This document shows, piece by piece, positions 14,190 through 26,732 of a DNA stretch of 64,000 nt; the first letter of the stretch is position 1, and each line of letters starts with the position of its first letter. The notes beneath the pieces are model-generated. The model was not told the origin of the DNA. It ran no database searches and was given only the letters and a program-made list of their open reading frames with translations. Source of the DNA: Eledone cirrhosa (Eukaryota). The stretch covers positions 12,772,001 to 12,836,000 of the forward strand of contig OZ024754.1 of the NCBI GenBank assembly GCA_964016885.1, given 5' to 3'. The position numbers and the translations under genes were made by a program.

Positions 14190-14276
14190 TATTATAATAT
14201 ACGGCTCGTAAATATCTTTCTTAGAGCTATTTTGTTGTAAGAGACTATTTTGAGTTCCTAACTCAATATATACCTT

Positions 14277-14327
<51 letters not shown>

Positions 14328-14333
<6 letters not shown>

Positions 14334-14670
14334 GCTTTATTTTGTTATTATGGCTCTGGGTAAAGTCTAATGAGCTTGTTTATTGAGAAACACAAAATTA
14401 TAAACATATTTGATATGTTTTGATTCATTATTTTAAAATAATTATTATATGTATATATTTATATATATTTACATACCAATATATATAATTATATATATAT
14501 GCATATAAATATATATATTTACATACCAATATATATATATATATATATAATTATATATATTTGTATATAATTATATATATATATATCAAATATGTTTATA
14601 ATTTTGTGTTTCTCAATAAACAAGCTCAATAGACTTTACCCAGAGCCATAATAACCAAATAAAGCGATGT
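14328..14670. repeat. Fold-back unit, ~90-bp arms around a (TA)-rich spacer
   Basis: 14328-14416 is inverted at 14582-14670; AATAAA in the sense arm; degenerate AAAACATATC where GAAA-helix III-UH would be expected. Confidence 0.8.
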
Positions 14671-14802
14671 ATATATTTATATATAGAGAGACACAGTCAT
14701 ATACCGGACAAGAAACACAGTATAGTGTATATATACCAAATATATATTCTGTAGAATACGTACACCATTTTCATTCTATATTTCAATTAGAATGGCGAGA
14801 CT

Positions 14803-14962
14803 AAACCTCTGAAGAGTACCTGAGTCTCATGTGGTTTAATTTAATCGATAGTTTGTCTTCGATGATCGAATGTATTGATTTTAATTTTTTTATTCCAATG
14901 ATTGATTATATAGATCGATTTTTAGCCATACTCTCAAGATATGAAATAACGCTATAAGGTTT
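14803..14962 (+). ncRNA. Type I hammerhead ribozyme motif with ~127-nt helix II
   Basis: AAACCT-CTGAAGA(14809-15)...GAAA(14943-46)-TAACGCTA-TA-AGGTTT; helix I is 6 bp perfect; the downstream tail (~14990-15040) is inverted at ~14705-14757. Confidence 0.7.
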
Positions 14963-15146
14963 CACATTTGATTCCATCTTTGTAGATATTCTTCTATAGG
15001 ATATGTATTTGGAATATATACAATATACCGTGTATCTTGTAAGATCTATGACTCTTTCTCTCTCTCTATATATATATACATATCTCTTTATGTGGGTATA
15101 TAATTATATATATATATATTTGTATTTATATATGTATATATATAAT

Positions 15147-15330
15147 TATTTCTACTTTAGGCACAAGGCCAGCAATTATCCAGTGCATTACTGGTACTTT
15201 ATTTTATCGACCCCGTAAGGATGAAAGGCAAAGTTAACCTCGGCGGGATTTGAACTCAGATCATAAAGGGCCGTCACTCTTTGCTGCAAAGCATGGCGTC
15301 CGGCCCTCTACTGATACTGCCAATCCACCG

Positions 15331-15332
<2 letters not shown>
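15147..15332 (-). mobile_element. SINE family C
   Basis: Reverse complement of the family C sequence. Confidence 0.85.
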
Positions 15333-15402
<70 letters not shown>

Positions 15403-15592
15403 CATAAATTACAATCATAAGCTATTAAATGTTTTAAACCTAATTTGATTGTAATCTATGTTGTATTTCTGCTCTATATTATACTTGATATTTTACATTG
15501 AGCTACTTATCTTACTGGTAATTGGGTAATATACAATATTACCCTTATTTTTTTAATATATTCTTATATATAAATATAATAATAATAATTAT

Positions 15593-15628
<36 letters not shown>

Positions 15629-16160
15629 CGGGTTATCAAATTATCGTTATAGGTAGTCCAGTTAGAGTACTCCGTGTTGTGGATGGTATTAACGTATGGC
15701 TTAGTTTGACTCAACAAGACGTTTCCATAGTGATGATATAAAAACTATATATCTGTATGCACCCAACCTACCATTCTCACTAAGTTGACACAACGAAAAT
15801 ACCTATCTGTCACACAATAAATAAATCTCCGGTTTATTGCTAGTGTGCTTTCAGATCTACAGCACACGCATATACCTCTTAAATCCTGACTCCAAGTACA
15901 TTTTATCAGTTATCTCTCCACCACCTTAACACTACATCTAATGTACCCTATAGCAGTTTTCACACGTCAATTTCATACATCTGTATCATATCAGTTCGTT
16001 TAATAAGCTAGATTCATCATTATACTCTATTTCTTACTTATATTGATGTTATTATTTTAACTATTCAGTATCTAGTTATTTTATTATTGATATTATTTTT
16101 CTTGTTTTATACCACTCCTCTATAAAAGCCATGCCTGGAGTATCTTCTTCACTTTAGCAC

Positions 16161-16267
16161 GCTCTGATGAAATGACTCGTTATAAACAAAGTATTGGAGA
16201 TCGATTGACGCAACACCAAGCGAGTAGCGAACTCTAGACCTACCAGATCAAAGAAACAATTGTCAGC
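16161..16267 (+). ncRNA. Type I hammerhead ribozyme motif with ~82-nt helix II region
   Basis: GCT-CTGATGA(16164-70)...GAAA(16253-56)-CAATTG-TC-AGC, then AATAAA at 16274; palindromic helix III and GUC site; helix II base pairs poorly. Confidence 0.6.
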
Positions 16268-16319
16268 AATGTGAATAAAGCCCTTATTGTATATCCAACC
16301 ATGTCACTCTTCTTTCTTG

Positions 16320-16363
<44 letters not shown>

Positions 16364-16514
16364 CGAAGGAAATGTGGTACGGAACCAGATGGACCATAAC
16401 GCACCAAAGTACATATTCCAGAATTAACCGTCGAAACGGCTTGAACTCAGCCGTCGGGGTCCTACTCATTCCTGTATATATATATACAATTGTTTCACCT
16501 TCGCGGATCTTCAG

Positions 16515-16584
<70 letters not shown>

Positions 16585-16588
<4 letters not shown>

Positions 16589-16718
16589 GTGGTTACACAA
16601 CAGTTAGTTCACCATACCGAGAACAATTGTTTCACCTTCGCGGATCTTCAGCTGAAGATCCGCGAAGGTGAAACAATTGTTCTCGGTATGGTGAACTAAC
16701 TGTTGTGTAACCACTTCT
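16585..16718. repeat. Perfect 134-bp palindrome containing a hammerhead core on each strand
   Basis: Centre TTCAG|CTGAA at 16651/16652; each arm reads CTGAAGA-TCCGCGAAGGT-GAAA-CAATTG-TT; extra partial arm at 16486-16516. Confidence 0.9.
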
Positions 16719-16879
16719 ACCTAACTCGTCCCATGGACTGAGTGCTCTACCACTACGAATATTACCTTCCAGTGTTCCACCACTATATATATATATATAT
16801 ATATATATTTGTATTTATATATGTATATATATATATTAGTATGTGAATATATATATTTATAGATATATATATATATATA

Positions 16880-19680
16880 GACAATAGAGGTAGTTAAAGT
16901 TAGTAATAGAATAATTAAGCTTAGATTAGTTGTAGGCAGGAGACTACTGACAATCATCTCTGCCTATGCTCCCCAGCAGGCCTAGGTAAAGAAGAGAAAG
17001 ACTGCTTTTACGAGCAACTTTTACAAACAGCCCTAATGACAGAGGATGGGGACATCGTTATGCTAGCAGGGGACTTCAATGGTCATGTTGTACAGCTCCA
17101 GGATGGATACACTGGGGTACATGGTGGGCACGGCTACAGCTCAAGAAATGAAGAAGGAGTGAAGCTTCTTGAATTTTGTGATACAAGTGCACTAACCATT
17201 TGCAACACTAACTTCCAGAAACCTACCAACCACCTAATAACCTACAAATCAGGCGAGCACATAAGCCAGATTGACTTCTTGCTAGTTAGACAGTGAGACA
17301 GGCAGATGGTGTCAAATACTAAGGCATACCCCGGGGAAGAATGTACCCCACAGCATAGGTTAGTCATTAGTGACATCTCAGTAAGCAAGAGAAAGAATGA
17401 GACATACAGGAAGGTGTGGAAAAGAAAGGTCAGGAAGCTAAACTACCTTTAACTAAAATATAAATTTAGCAAAGCCCTTCAAGATGTGTATGACGAAAAA
17501 GAAGACGATTTAGAGTCATATGACATAGATGATAACTGGAATTTCTTGCGTGACAGCTTACTGCAGGTAACTGAAGAAACTTGTGGCTGAGGCAGAGCTT
17601 CAACCAGACAGAGAGTGACCTGGTGATGGAAGAGCACTGTAGATAGGGCCATTAGAGACAAAAGACTGGCATGCAACGCTTGAAAAAATGGTGGGAGTAG
17701 AGAAGGATACTCAGCCGCTAAGAGAGAAGCTAGACGTCAGGTGTACTTAGCATGCAGGGAGGCTGAGAGTAGGAGGTTTGCCAATGTTCTGCGACGGGAA
17801 GATCAGAGACGTGCGGTGTTCCGCATTGCAAAGCAGTGTGTCAGTGCAAATCGGGATGTTGTTGGAGATAAGTGTGTTCAGAATGATCGGTGTACTTAGT
17901 GTCATGAATGATCAGAAAACGGAGGCCTGGAAATGTCATTATGAGAGATTGATGAATGTGGAGAACGAATGGAAGAGAGAGAAATTACCCCCAGTAGACC
18001 CGACAGAGGGAACAGCTATTGAGATTGACGAATATAGGCTACAAGAGGCAATTAAGGAAATGAAGAATGGTAAGGCTGCTGGACCGGCGAGGATAGTTGC
18101 TGAAATGGTGAAGGCATCAAGAGAAGTAAGCACTAATGTGGTTGCACGCATCATCAATCAAGCTATATATGGTGGTGTCATACCCAAAGACTGGTGCAGT
18201 AGTATTCTCATAAATTGCTACAAAGGTAAAGGGGATGCTCTGGAGAGGAGCAATTATAGGGGCATAAAGCTGATGGATCAGGTTATGAAAGTGGCAGAGA
18301 GAATATTAGCGCAACTGATTAGAGTAAGGGTCAAATTAAATGAGATGCAGTTTGGTGCTGTGCCTCGGAAAAGTACAACAGATGCCCTCTTCTTAGTGAG
18401 ACAACTACAAGAGAGGTTCTTAGAGAAGAATAAGCCACTATACTTAGCTTTTGTTGACCTAGAGAAGTCTTTGATAGGGTACCCCGATCTGTCATCTGGT
18501 GGTCCTTAAGGAAACTAGGTGTAAATGGCTTGTGAAGACAGTGCAAGCTATGTACAGCGGTGCTGTCAGTAAAGTGAGAGTAGGAATGGAGTTTCGTGAG
18601 GAATTCCAGATACAAGTAGGTGAACATCAGGGTTCGGTCCTCAGCCCGCTCTTGTTCATTATAGTCCTCGAAGCCATAACAGAGGAATTTAAGACTGGAT
18701 GCCCATGGGAACTTCTCTATGATGATGATCTGGTTCTTATAGCAGAATCAGTAGAGGAGCTAGAGAATAAATTCTGGCTATGGAAACAGCAGTTGGAATC
18801 AAGAGGACTGTGAGTGAACATAGCTAAGAGAAAAGTGTTGATGAGTAGAAAAGAGGACAATACTGTGATTCCATCAGGGAAATGGCCATGTTCGATATGT
18901 AGAAAAGGAACTGGCATAAATTCCATAAAATGTACGCAATTCAGATCTTGGGTACACAAGAGATGTAGTGGAATAGCAGGCAAACTAACAGGTAGGGAAA
19001 ACTATGTATGCAGTAGATGTACAGGGAAAGTTGGCAGTAGTAATCGCAGTGATAGACACATTTTCCAATGCAGGTGGGTTCTATAGAAGTGGTTGATAGC
19101 TTCTGGTACCTAGGTGATCAGATTAGCATAGGATGGGGTGTTCCGAGGCCATAGTATCTAGAATAAGGACGGGTTGGAAGAAGTTTAGGGAGCTGCTTCC
19201 TCTGTTGACAAAGAAGGATTTCTCCCTGCGTACGAAAGGAGGGTTATATGATGCCTGTGTGAGATGCGCAATGCTGCATGGTAGTGAGACATGGGTAGCA
19301 ACTGCAGAGGATATGTGACGGCTGGAGAGAAATGAAGCAAGCATGCTCTGTTGGATGTGCAATGTCAATGTGCGTGAACGACCAAGCATAGATGAGTTGA
19401 GAAAGAAACTAGGTATAAGAGGGATAAGTTGTGGTGTGCAGGAGAGAAGACTGAGATAGTATGGACATGTAATGCGCATGGAGGATGACCGCTGGGTAAA
19501 GAAGTGCCAAGAAATTCCAGTAGAAGGAAGATGCAGTAGAGGAAGACCATGAAAAACATAGGCGGATGTAGTGAAAGTAGATCTCAGATCGCTAAAACTC
19601 ACGGAGAGATGCTGTGCTGAATAGGACCCATACAACCCTTGCAAGCGGGGGAAAATGGACGTAAAATGATGATGATGATG
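16880..19680 (+). mobile_element. RTE-clade LINE, 5'-truncated and decayed (APE endonuclease, RT, Cys-rich insert)
   Basis: APE motifs ISAYAPQ, AGDFNGHV, SQIDFLL; RT motifs KGKGDALERSNYRGIKL, QFG, AFVDLEK, QGSVLSPLLF, LLYDDDLV; C-terminal MLHGSETW; several stops and frameshifts; 3' GGACGTAAAA(TGA)n. Confidence 0.95.
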
Positions 19681-20009
19681 ATATATATATATATATTTAT
19701 ATATACATATATATTTATATATATATATATAGTATAAAAAGCGAAAAATCAGTGATGTATCTGGACTCAGTTTATTGCGTGTTAGAATTGTTTCGCCGGC
19801 AGATTGCTCGAGACATGATCACTGTATGGATCTGGCTGATTCTACGGCTGCAGGTAACAGGTGATTCGGACACAGGTAATTCGTTCGGAGCAAATTTTCT
19901 CGTGAGAAAATTTGCTCCGTAGTATACACGTACTATATATATATATTTGTATTTACATATATATTTGGCATACCGCCTATGGAAGCACCATAGCTACCAT
20001 TATACAAAC

Positions 20010-20067
<58 letters not shown>

Positions 20068-20097
20068 AGATCAAAAGATGGTTAAAAGAGTTCCATG

Positions 20098-20168
20098 TAT
20101 TTTATTATGCGCATTTCAAAAACAAATATCATCATGAGATGAGATTTGCGTTTTCGTCAGATAAAATA
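20098..20168 (-). ncRNA. Minimal type I hammerhead ribozyme in a fold-back unit (20060-20273)
   Basis: Minus strand TATTTTAT-CTGACGA-[16-bp helix II]-GAAA-TGCGCA-TA-ATAAAATA; the 3' half and tail are duplicated in inverted orientation at 20214-20273. Confidence 0.85.
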
Positions 20169-20278
20169 GGGTGACATGATATGAAGGTTAAAAAACACTT
20201 GTGAATAGTGCAGTTTGAAATGCGCATAATAAAATACATGGAACTCTTTTAACCATCTTTTGATCTTATATTATTTAT

Positions 20279-20455
20279 AGCAGTATCGGTAGAGAGTTGG
20301 ACGCCATGCTTTGACGCATAGAGTTACGGCCCTTGCCATTCTGAGTTCAAATCCCGCCGAGCTTAACTTTGCCTTTCATCCTTACGGGGTCGATAAAATA
20401 AAGTACCAGTAATGTACTGGGTATTTGCTGGCCTTGTGCCAAAAGTAGAAACAAG
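20279..20455 (+). mobile_element. SINE family C
   Basis: Matches the family C head, core and tail. Confidence 0.85.
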
Positions 20456-21174
20456 TATTTATACTCCAGTCCCACAAACTGTAGACTGCTACTTAACTGA
20501 TATCTGCATTGCTTTATTGTATTTACATATATATATATATATATATATATTTGTATTTATATATATTTATATATATATATATTTATATATATATATATTT
20601 GTATTTACATATATATATATATTTATATATATATTTGTATATACATATATACATATTTGTATTTACATATATATTTGTATTTACATATATATATATGTAT
20701 TTACATATATATATTTGTATTTACATATATATATATATTTGTATTTACATATATATTTGTATTTACATATATATATATATGTATTTACATATATATATAT
20801 TTGTATTTACATATATATATTTGTATATATATATTTATATATATTTAATACAATAACAGAGATAGTTTAAAGCTAAACTCTGACTGGTAACCATCTCACT
20901 CAACAAACATTAGGTTATATTAAAATATAAACCCAATTTAAGTGTTTGGGGTGCTAACAATATGTATAATGTGGAAAAACCAGTTGTATTATTTTATGAG
21001 ATATAATTAAAGTTAAAGTATGAGATTCCAGGTTCGACTCCTGGCAAGCTCGAAAGACTTATATTTATATATATATATATATATATTTGTATTTACATAT
21101 ATATATTTGTATATATATATTTATATATATATATATATATTTGTATTTACATATATATATTTGTATTTACATGT

Positions 21175-21730
21175 ATAAAAAAGTGCAGGGCAATAAAAAT
21201 AGACGGTAGCCACGGAGTAGGCAGACCCAGAAAAACCTGGGACGACTTGATAAATTCCCACCTCACACCTCTCCAAGACAATGTCACTGGACCGAGATCT
21301 TTGGCGCTACACAGTAATACAGAAGACCCGCCTTACCTAAGTACAAAGTGAAACCTACTACAGTCAGTAGGCACCTCTAACAAAAATACACCCCGTCCCA
21401 CTACCTCCACCCCATCCACACCACCCCTTTCAATGTAAAGTTATGTTGGTACCACAACATCCAGTCCGAAACAAACGAGGTCGTGTAGGTGTCACGACAA
21501 AAAAACACACAGTCCACGCTCTAATGTGGCCGTGTAGGTAACACGGTAAAAACCTCCCAGTCCACACTGTAAACGTGGTTGGTGTTAGGAAGGGCATCCA
21601 GCCGTAGAAAACCCGCCAGACAGTCCTATGCGAGAAAGACAACCACTCTTGCCTCAAGTGGGAAAACTCCCGTCCAAACCCATGCAAGCGTGGAAGATTG
21701 ACGTTAAACGATGATGATGATGATGATGAT
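21175..21730 (+). mobile_element. RTE family 2, 3' fragment
   Basis: [26 protein letters not shown], then the 3' UTR and (GAT)n tail. Confidence 0.9.
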
Positions 21731-21843
21731 ATTTGTATTTACATATATATATATTTGTATTTACATATATATATATTTGTATTTACATATATATATTTGT
21801 ATTTACACACATATATATATATATATTTACATATATTTATATA

Positions 21844-21882
<39 letters not shown>

Positions 21883-22431
21883 TAAACTGGAGTTTTTCCG
21901 TATCTTCCCATTTTAAAATATATAAATATAAATATTCTTATTAACTCAGTTAATTTAATTTAATTTAACTTAATATTTATTTACATTAAATACAAAACCA
22001 ATATCCCTCATAACTCATTAAAAGAATTATCTATAACATGATATACCCATCTATTTATTTATTTATTTATCTACTTATAACAGAAAATATATTATAAACA
22101 AATTTTAAACAACTAATACTCGTAAATACACGTACTATTAAGATATATACTTAGAATATATTTCCCCAAAATTAACGTTATATGAGTTTTATTCATCCTC
22201 TCTTGTTTATTTCTTCTCTCTTGTACTATTTTTTATCTTTCTCCCCTTATAACTTCTCTCTCTCCATAGTCGTTTAAATAAACGGTTGTTGTTTTTCAAT
22301 TATTTACATATTCATTTGCATATTCACACATAAATTTGAATAATCCCTAATATATTTCCACTATCCAGTGAATTTCCAACCGATAAGGTATGATTTTCAT
22401 GGGCATGTCTCTATTTATAAAACAAACTTTG

Positions 22432-22495
22432 TATTTTATCTGATGAAAGTGTACCAATGTTGTCTTGGTACCCTTGAAATATATATAATAAAATA
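22432..22495 (+). ncRNA. Minimal type I hammerhead ribozyme (family shared with 29.3 and 45.1 kb)
   Basis: TATTTTAT-CTGATGA-AAGTGTACCAA/TTGGTACCCTT-GAAA-TATATA-TA-ATAAAATA; unit spans ~22365-22625. Confidence 0.85.
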
Positions 22496-23249
22496 AATAT
22501 GGTTTTATAGATATAGTTTCCATTTATTTAATATCACTTATTTAATATTTACTCCAGTAAACTGTTGAGTGCTCTAAATCAATTATAAACATTTATATTT
22601 GTTGGACTTCCAACAAATTAAATACCCCTTCTACTTTATATATATATATATTTACTACACTATGTTTTTCATGTCTACCATCCTCCGTTTGTTTTAGCAG
22701 TACATATTGAAACAGTCAACATGTTTCTGGGTTATTCTGAGCTTTTATTATAAATTCAAAACTGAATGGCATATATATGATATATAAACATATCAAATAT
22801 TAAAACAGGAAATGATTTGCAAAGAGTCAAAGAACATATACTACAAATGAGCAGTATATTAAACCAAACATACCGGACATTAAATGACTACTCTAACTCT
22901 AAAGTACATAATTACTTTATGGTTTCTGAAACATGTTTCACCTTTTCAGGAAGCATGGAGGTTTTAGAGGATGCAGTGTCTTGACAGCTAACAACTGATG
23001 AGACAATAACAGCCACACACCATATTGCCTGCAAAGGAAGCTCAAAGAAAAATTCCAAACTCTTATAAATTCCAAAATGAATGACATGTATATATATAAA
23101 CATATCAAACATTACATATATATATCTGTGTGATGTTGATAGACTTAAGAATGAGTACTCAATTCCGAAGTAGAGTTTAGATATTCTTTATCATGGCTAA
23201 ATGATGAGTCTAGTTACTCCGGTATTTTATCTGTGTACTCACAACGTGA

Positions 23250-23485
23250 TCAGATATTGGATGCTTGGTTAAAACTGTTAATTGGATGATTAACATTACC
23301 AGAGTTAGACCAATTACATCAATTGTCAAGTCAAGAGTACTCAAACTATACGACCATATAAAAAGTTCAACATGTGATGTGAGTAGGTTATGCCTGGAAG
23401 GAAGGTTGGCTGGTAACAGAAGCAGAGGCCAATGACCAAAACGATGGCTTGATAATCTCAATTTATGGACTGGACTTGATCTTTG
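23250..23485 (+). mobile_element. Old RTE C-terminal fragment
   Basis: Translates to TSIVKSRVLKLYDHIK, then after a frameshift LEGRLAGNRSRGQ*PKRWLDNL. Confidence 0.65.
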
Positions 23486-23493
23486 TTCTTTAA

Positions 23494-23934
23494 CCCTTTA
23501 GCATTCAAACCGGCTGTATCCAGCCAAAACTCTCTCACTTCTTTCTGTTCAAACCGGCTGTAACTGGCTGCTCACACCTACATTAAGGTATTGTTCTCAA
23601 AATAAATAACATCAAAATCTCATAGATTCGATTTTACATGAGATAATTATGTAAGATAAAGCCTTTACTGTGAAAATACAATAGTAAATATAAAATAATT
23701 GTTTCTACTTTTGGCACAAGGCCAGCAATTACCCAGTGGGTTACTGGTACTTTATTTTATCAACCCCGTAAGGATGAAAGGCAAAGTTAACCTCGGCGGG
23801 ATTTGAACTCAGAATGGCAAGGGCCTAACTCTATGCCTCAAAGCACGGTATTCGACTCTCTACCGATACTGCCAATCCAGCACCCTTTAGTAAATACAAA
23901 ATAGTAAATATAAAATAATGAAAATAGTAAAGGG
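23494..23934. mobile_element. TTAA-flanked piggyBac-like MITE with a nested SINE C (23697-23885, minus strand)
   Basis: TTAA|CCCTTTA...TAAAGGG|TTAA; body shared with 28072-28585; the SINE is flanked by a direct repeat of ATAGTAAATATAAAATAAT. Confidence 0.75.
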
Positions 23935-24075
23935 TTAAACTCTGCCGTTGGGGACCAAACTTTGTGGAGAAAGATATCTCATGTTGATGTGCAGTCTGCA
24001 ACTGGCGGAGTTTAATGTCACAAGAAGACCAAAACATGAAACTCTCCTTTTAATTAGAACTATTTTTATTTTTTA

Positions 24076-24922
24076 AATTCTTACTAGTTTTAGTTTTAGA
24101 TACCAAGTAAATTCTTACTAGTTTTAGTTTAAATACCAAGTATATTCTTACTAGTTTTAGTTTTAGATACCAAGTAAATTCTTACTAGTTTTAGTTTAAA
24201 TACCAAGTAAATTCTTACTAGTTTTAGTTTTAGATACCAAGTAAATTCTTACTAGTTTTAGTTTTAGATACCAAGTAAATTCTTACTAGTTTTAGTTTTA
24301 GATACCAAGTAAATTCTTACTAGTTTTAGTTTTAGATACCAAGTAAATTCTTACTAGTTTTAGTTTTAGATACCAAGTAAATTCTTACTAGTTTTAGTTT
24401 TAGATACCAAGTAAATTCTTACTAGTTTTAGTTTTAGATACCAAGTAAATTCTTACTAGTTTTAGTTTAAATACCAAGTATATTCTTACTAGTTTTAGTT
24501 TTAGATACCAAGTAAATTCTTACTAGTTTTAGTTTAAATACCAAGTATATTCTTACTAGTTTTAGTTTTAGATACCAAGTAAATTCTTACTAGTTTTAGT
24601 TTTAGATACCAAGTAAATTCTTACTAGTTTTAGTTTTAGATACCAAGTAAATTCTTACTAGTTTTAGTTTTAGATACCAAGTAAATTCTTACTAGTTTTA
24701 GTTTTAGATACCAACTAAATTCTTACTAGTTTTAGTTTTAGATACCAAGTAAATTCTTACTAGTTTTAGTTTTAGATACCAAGTAAATTCTTACTAGTTT
24801 TAGTTTTAGATACCAAGTAAATTCTTACTAGTTTTAGTTTTAGATACCAAGTAAATTCTTACTAGTTTTAGTTGATACCAAGTAAATTCTTACTAGTTTT
24901 AGCTACCAAGTTTTAGATACCA
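24076..24922. repeat. 34-bp tandem repeat (AAATTCTTACTAGTTTTAGTTTTAGATACCAAGT)n
   Basis: Period 34 with some 33-bp variants; about 25 highly homogeneous units with no spacers. Confidence 0.95.
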
Positions 24923-25954
24923 GAACAGTGGAATATTTTGCCAGTATTTTTTTTTTTTATTTCATTTATAACATTCTTAATTCAATAGAATTCTTCTAAG
25001 GTGCGACATCCAGTTATTTATATATTGAATATTTGGTCTTTGAATCTTTACAGGCTTACATTGCTTGCTCTCTCTCTCTCTCCTGTTTCTCTATAATTAT
25101 ATTCTGCTATGTATATAAGTAATGCAAGGTGAACTGTTTTTTTTTTTTTTCTGCAACACACCGGAGTTGTTGCTATAGGGTAGCAAATATAAACAAATCA
25201 TTTCTTTTTTGTCTCTGTGGACAGAAAAATAATGGATCTATAGAAAGAAAGGTGGTGGTGTTAGTATACATCTGTCACAAAGTAGTCAACTCCAGTGTAT
25301 TGTGTAAAAGATTTATCCTGTATCATACAACACACATAGATATAGTAGAGAATGGATATCGTGTAACACAGACACACAAACACATACATAAACACATACA
25401 CACACACAAACGCACACATAAATACATACACATTTATATATATACACACACATACAAAAACACATAAACACATAAACAAATACAAATACACACACAAACG
25501 CATACATACAAACATAAACACACATAAACAAATACAAATACACATATACACACACACACATAAACACATACAAACACACATAAACAAATACACATACAAA
25601 CAGACACATAAACACAACAAACATATATACACATACAAACACACACAAACACATACAAACATATATACACATACAAACACACATAAACGCATACAAACAT
25701 ATACACACATACTAACACACACATAGAGACATACAAACATATATACACATACAAACACACACAAACACATACAAATATACACACACATACGAACACACAC
25801 ATAGAGACATACAAACATATACACACATACAAACACACACATAAATGCATACAGACATATACACACATACAAACACACACGCATACAAACATATATACAC
25901 ATACAAACACACACATAAACACATACAAACATATAAACAAATACATATATATAA

Positions 25955-26660
25955 TCATCCTTGGGTTTGATGGGTCTATTCCACACAGCCTTCCTCTACT
26001 TGTTACATTCCTCCATCATCACCATAAAGCTTACAGTTCTGAAAGCTGTTCTCATTACATCTACCCAGGTCTTCCTCTACTGCAGCTTCCTTCCACTGAG
26101 AACTCCTGCCACTTCTTCACCCAACAACCATATGATCTCTCACCTCATCTACCTTGGTCTTCCTCTACTGCAGCTTCCTTCCACTGAGAAATCCTGACAC
26201 TTCTTCACCCAACAACCATATGATCTCTCACCTCATCTACCTTGGTCTTCCTCTACTGCAGCTTCCTTCCACTGAGAACTCCTGACACTTCTTCACCCAA
26301 CAACCATATGATCTCTCACCACATCTACCTTGGTCTTCCTCTACTGCAGCTTCCTTCCACTGAGAACTCCTGACACTTCTTCACCCAACAACCATATGAT
26401 CTCTCACCTCATCTACCCAGGTCTTCCTCTACTGCAGCTTCCTTCCACTGAGAACTCCTGACACTTCTTCACCCAACAACCATATGATCTCTCACTTCAT
26501 CTACCTTGGTCTTCCTCTACTGCAGCTTCCTTCCACTGAGAACTCTTGCCACTTCTTCACCCAACATCCATATGATCTCTCACCTCATCTACCTTGGTCT
26601 TCCTCTACTGCAGCTTCCTTCCACTGAGAACTCCTGACACTTCTTCACCAACAACCATCA
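25955..26660 (-). repeat. 88-bp satellite (~7 units) expanded inside an RTE 3' fragment
   Basis: Period 88 (26068 and 26156); the minus strand encodes WVKKCQEFSVEGSCSRGRPR, similar to 19492-19550. Confidence 0.85.
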
Positions 26661-26732
26661 TATCAGTCATATGTCCACTATAGTCTTGTATCCTGCACAC
26701 AACATTTAATTTTGCTTATACCCAATTCTTTT

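Noticed and set aside
15760-15960. Possible PLE ORF C-terminus upstream of the 16.2-kb hammerhead (LNPDSKYIL)
   Set aside because: Similarity too short to support without a profile search.
24076-24922. CRISPR-like 34-bp repeats
   Set aside because: Head-to-tail units with no unique spacers and no cas genes, in a eukaryotic context.
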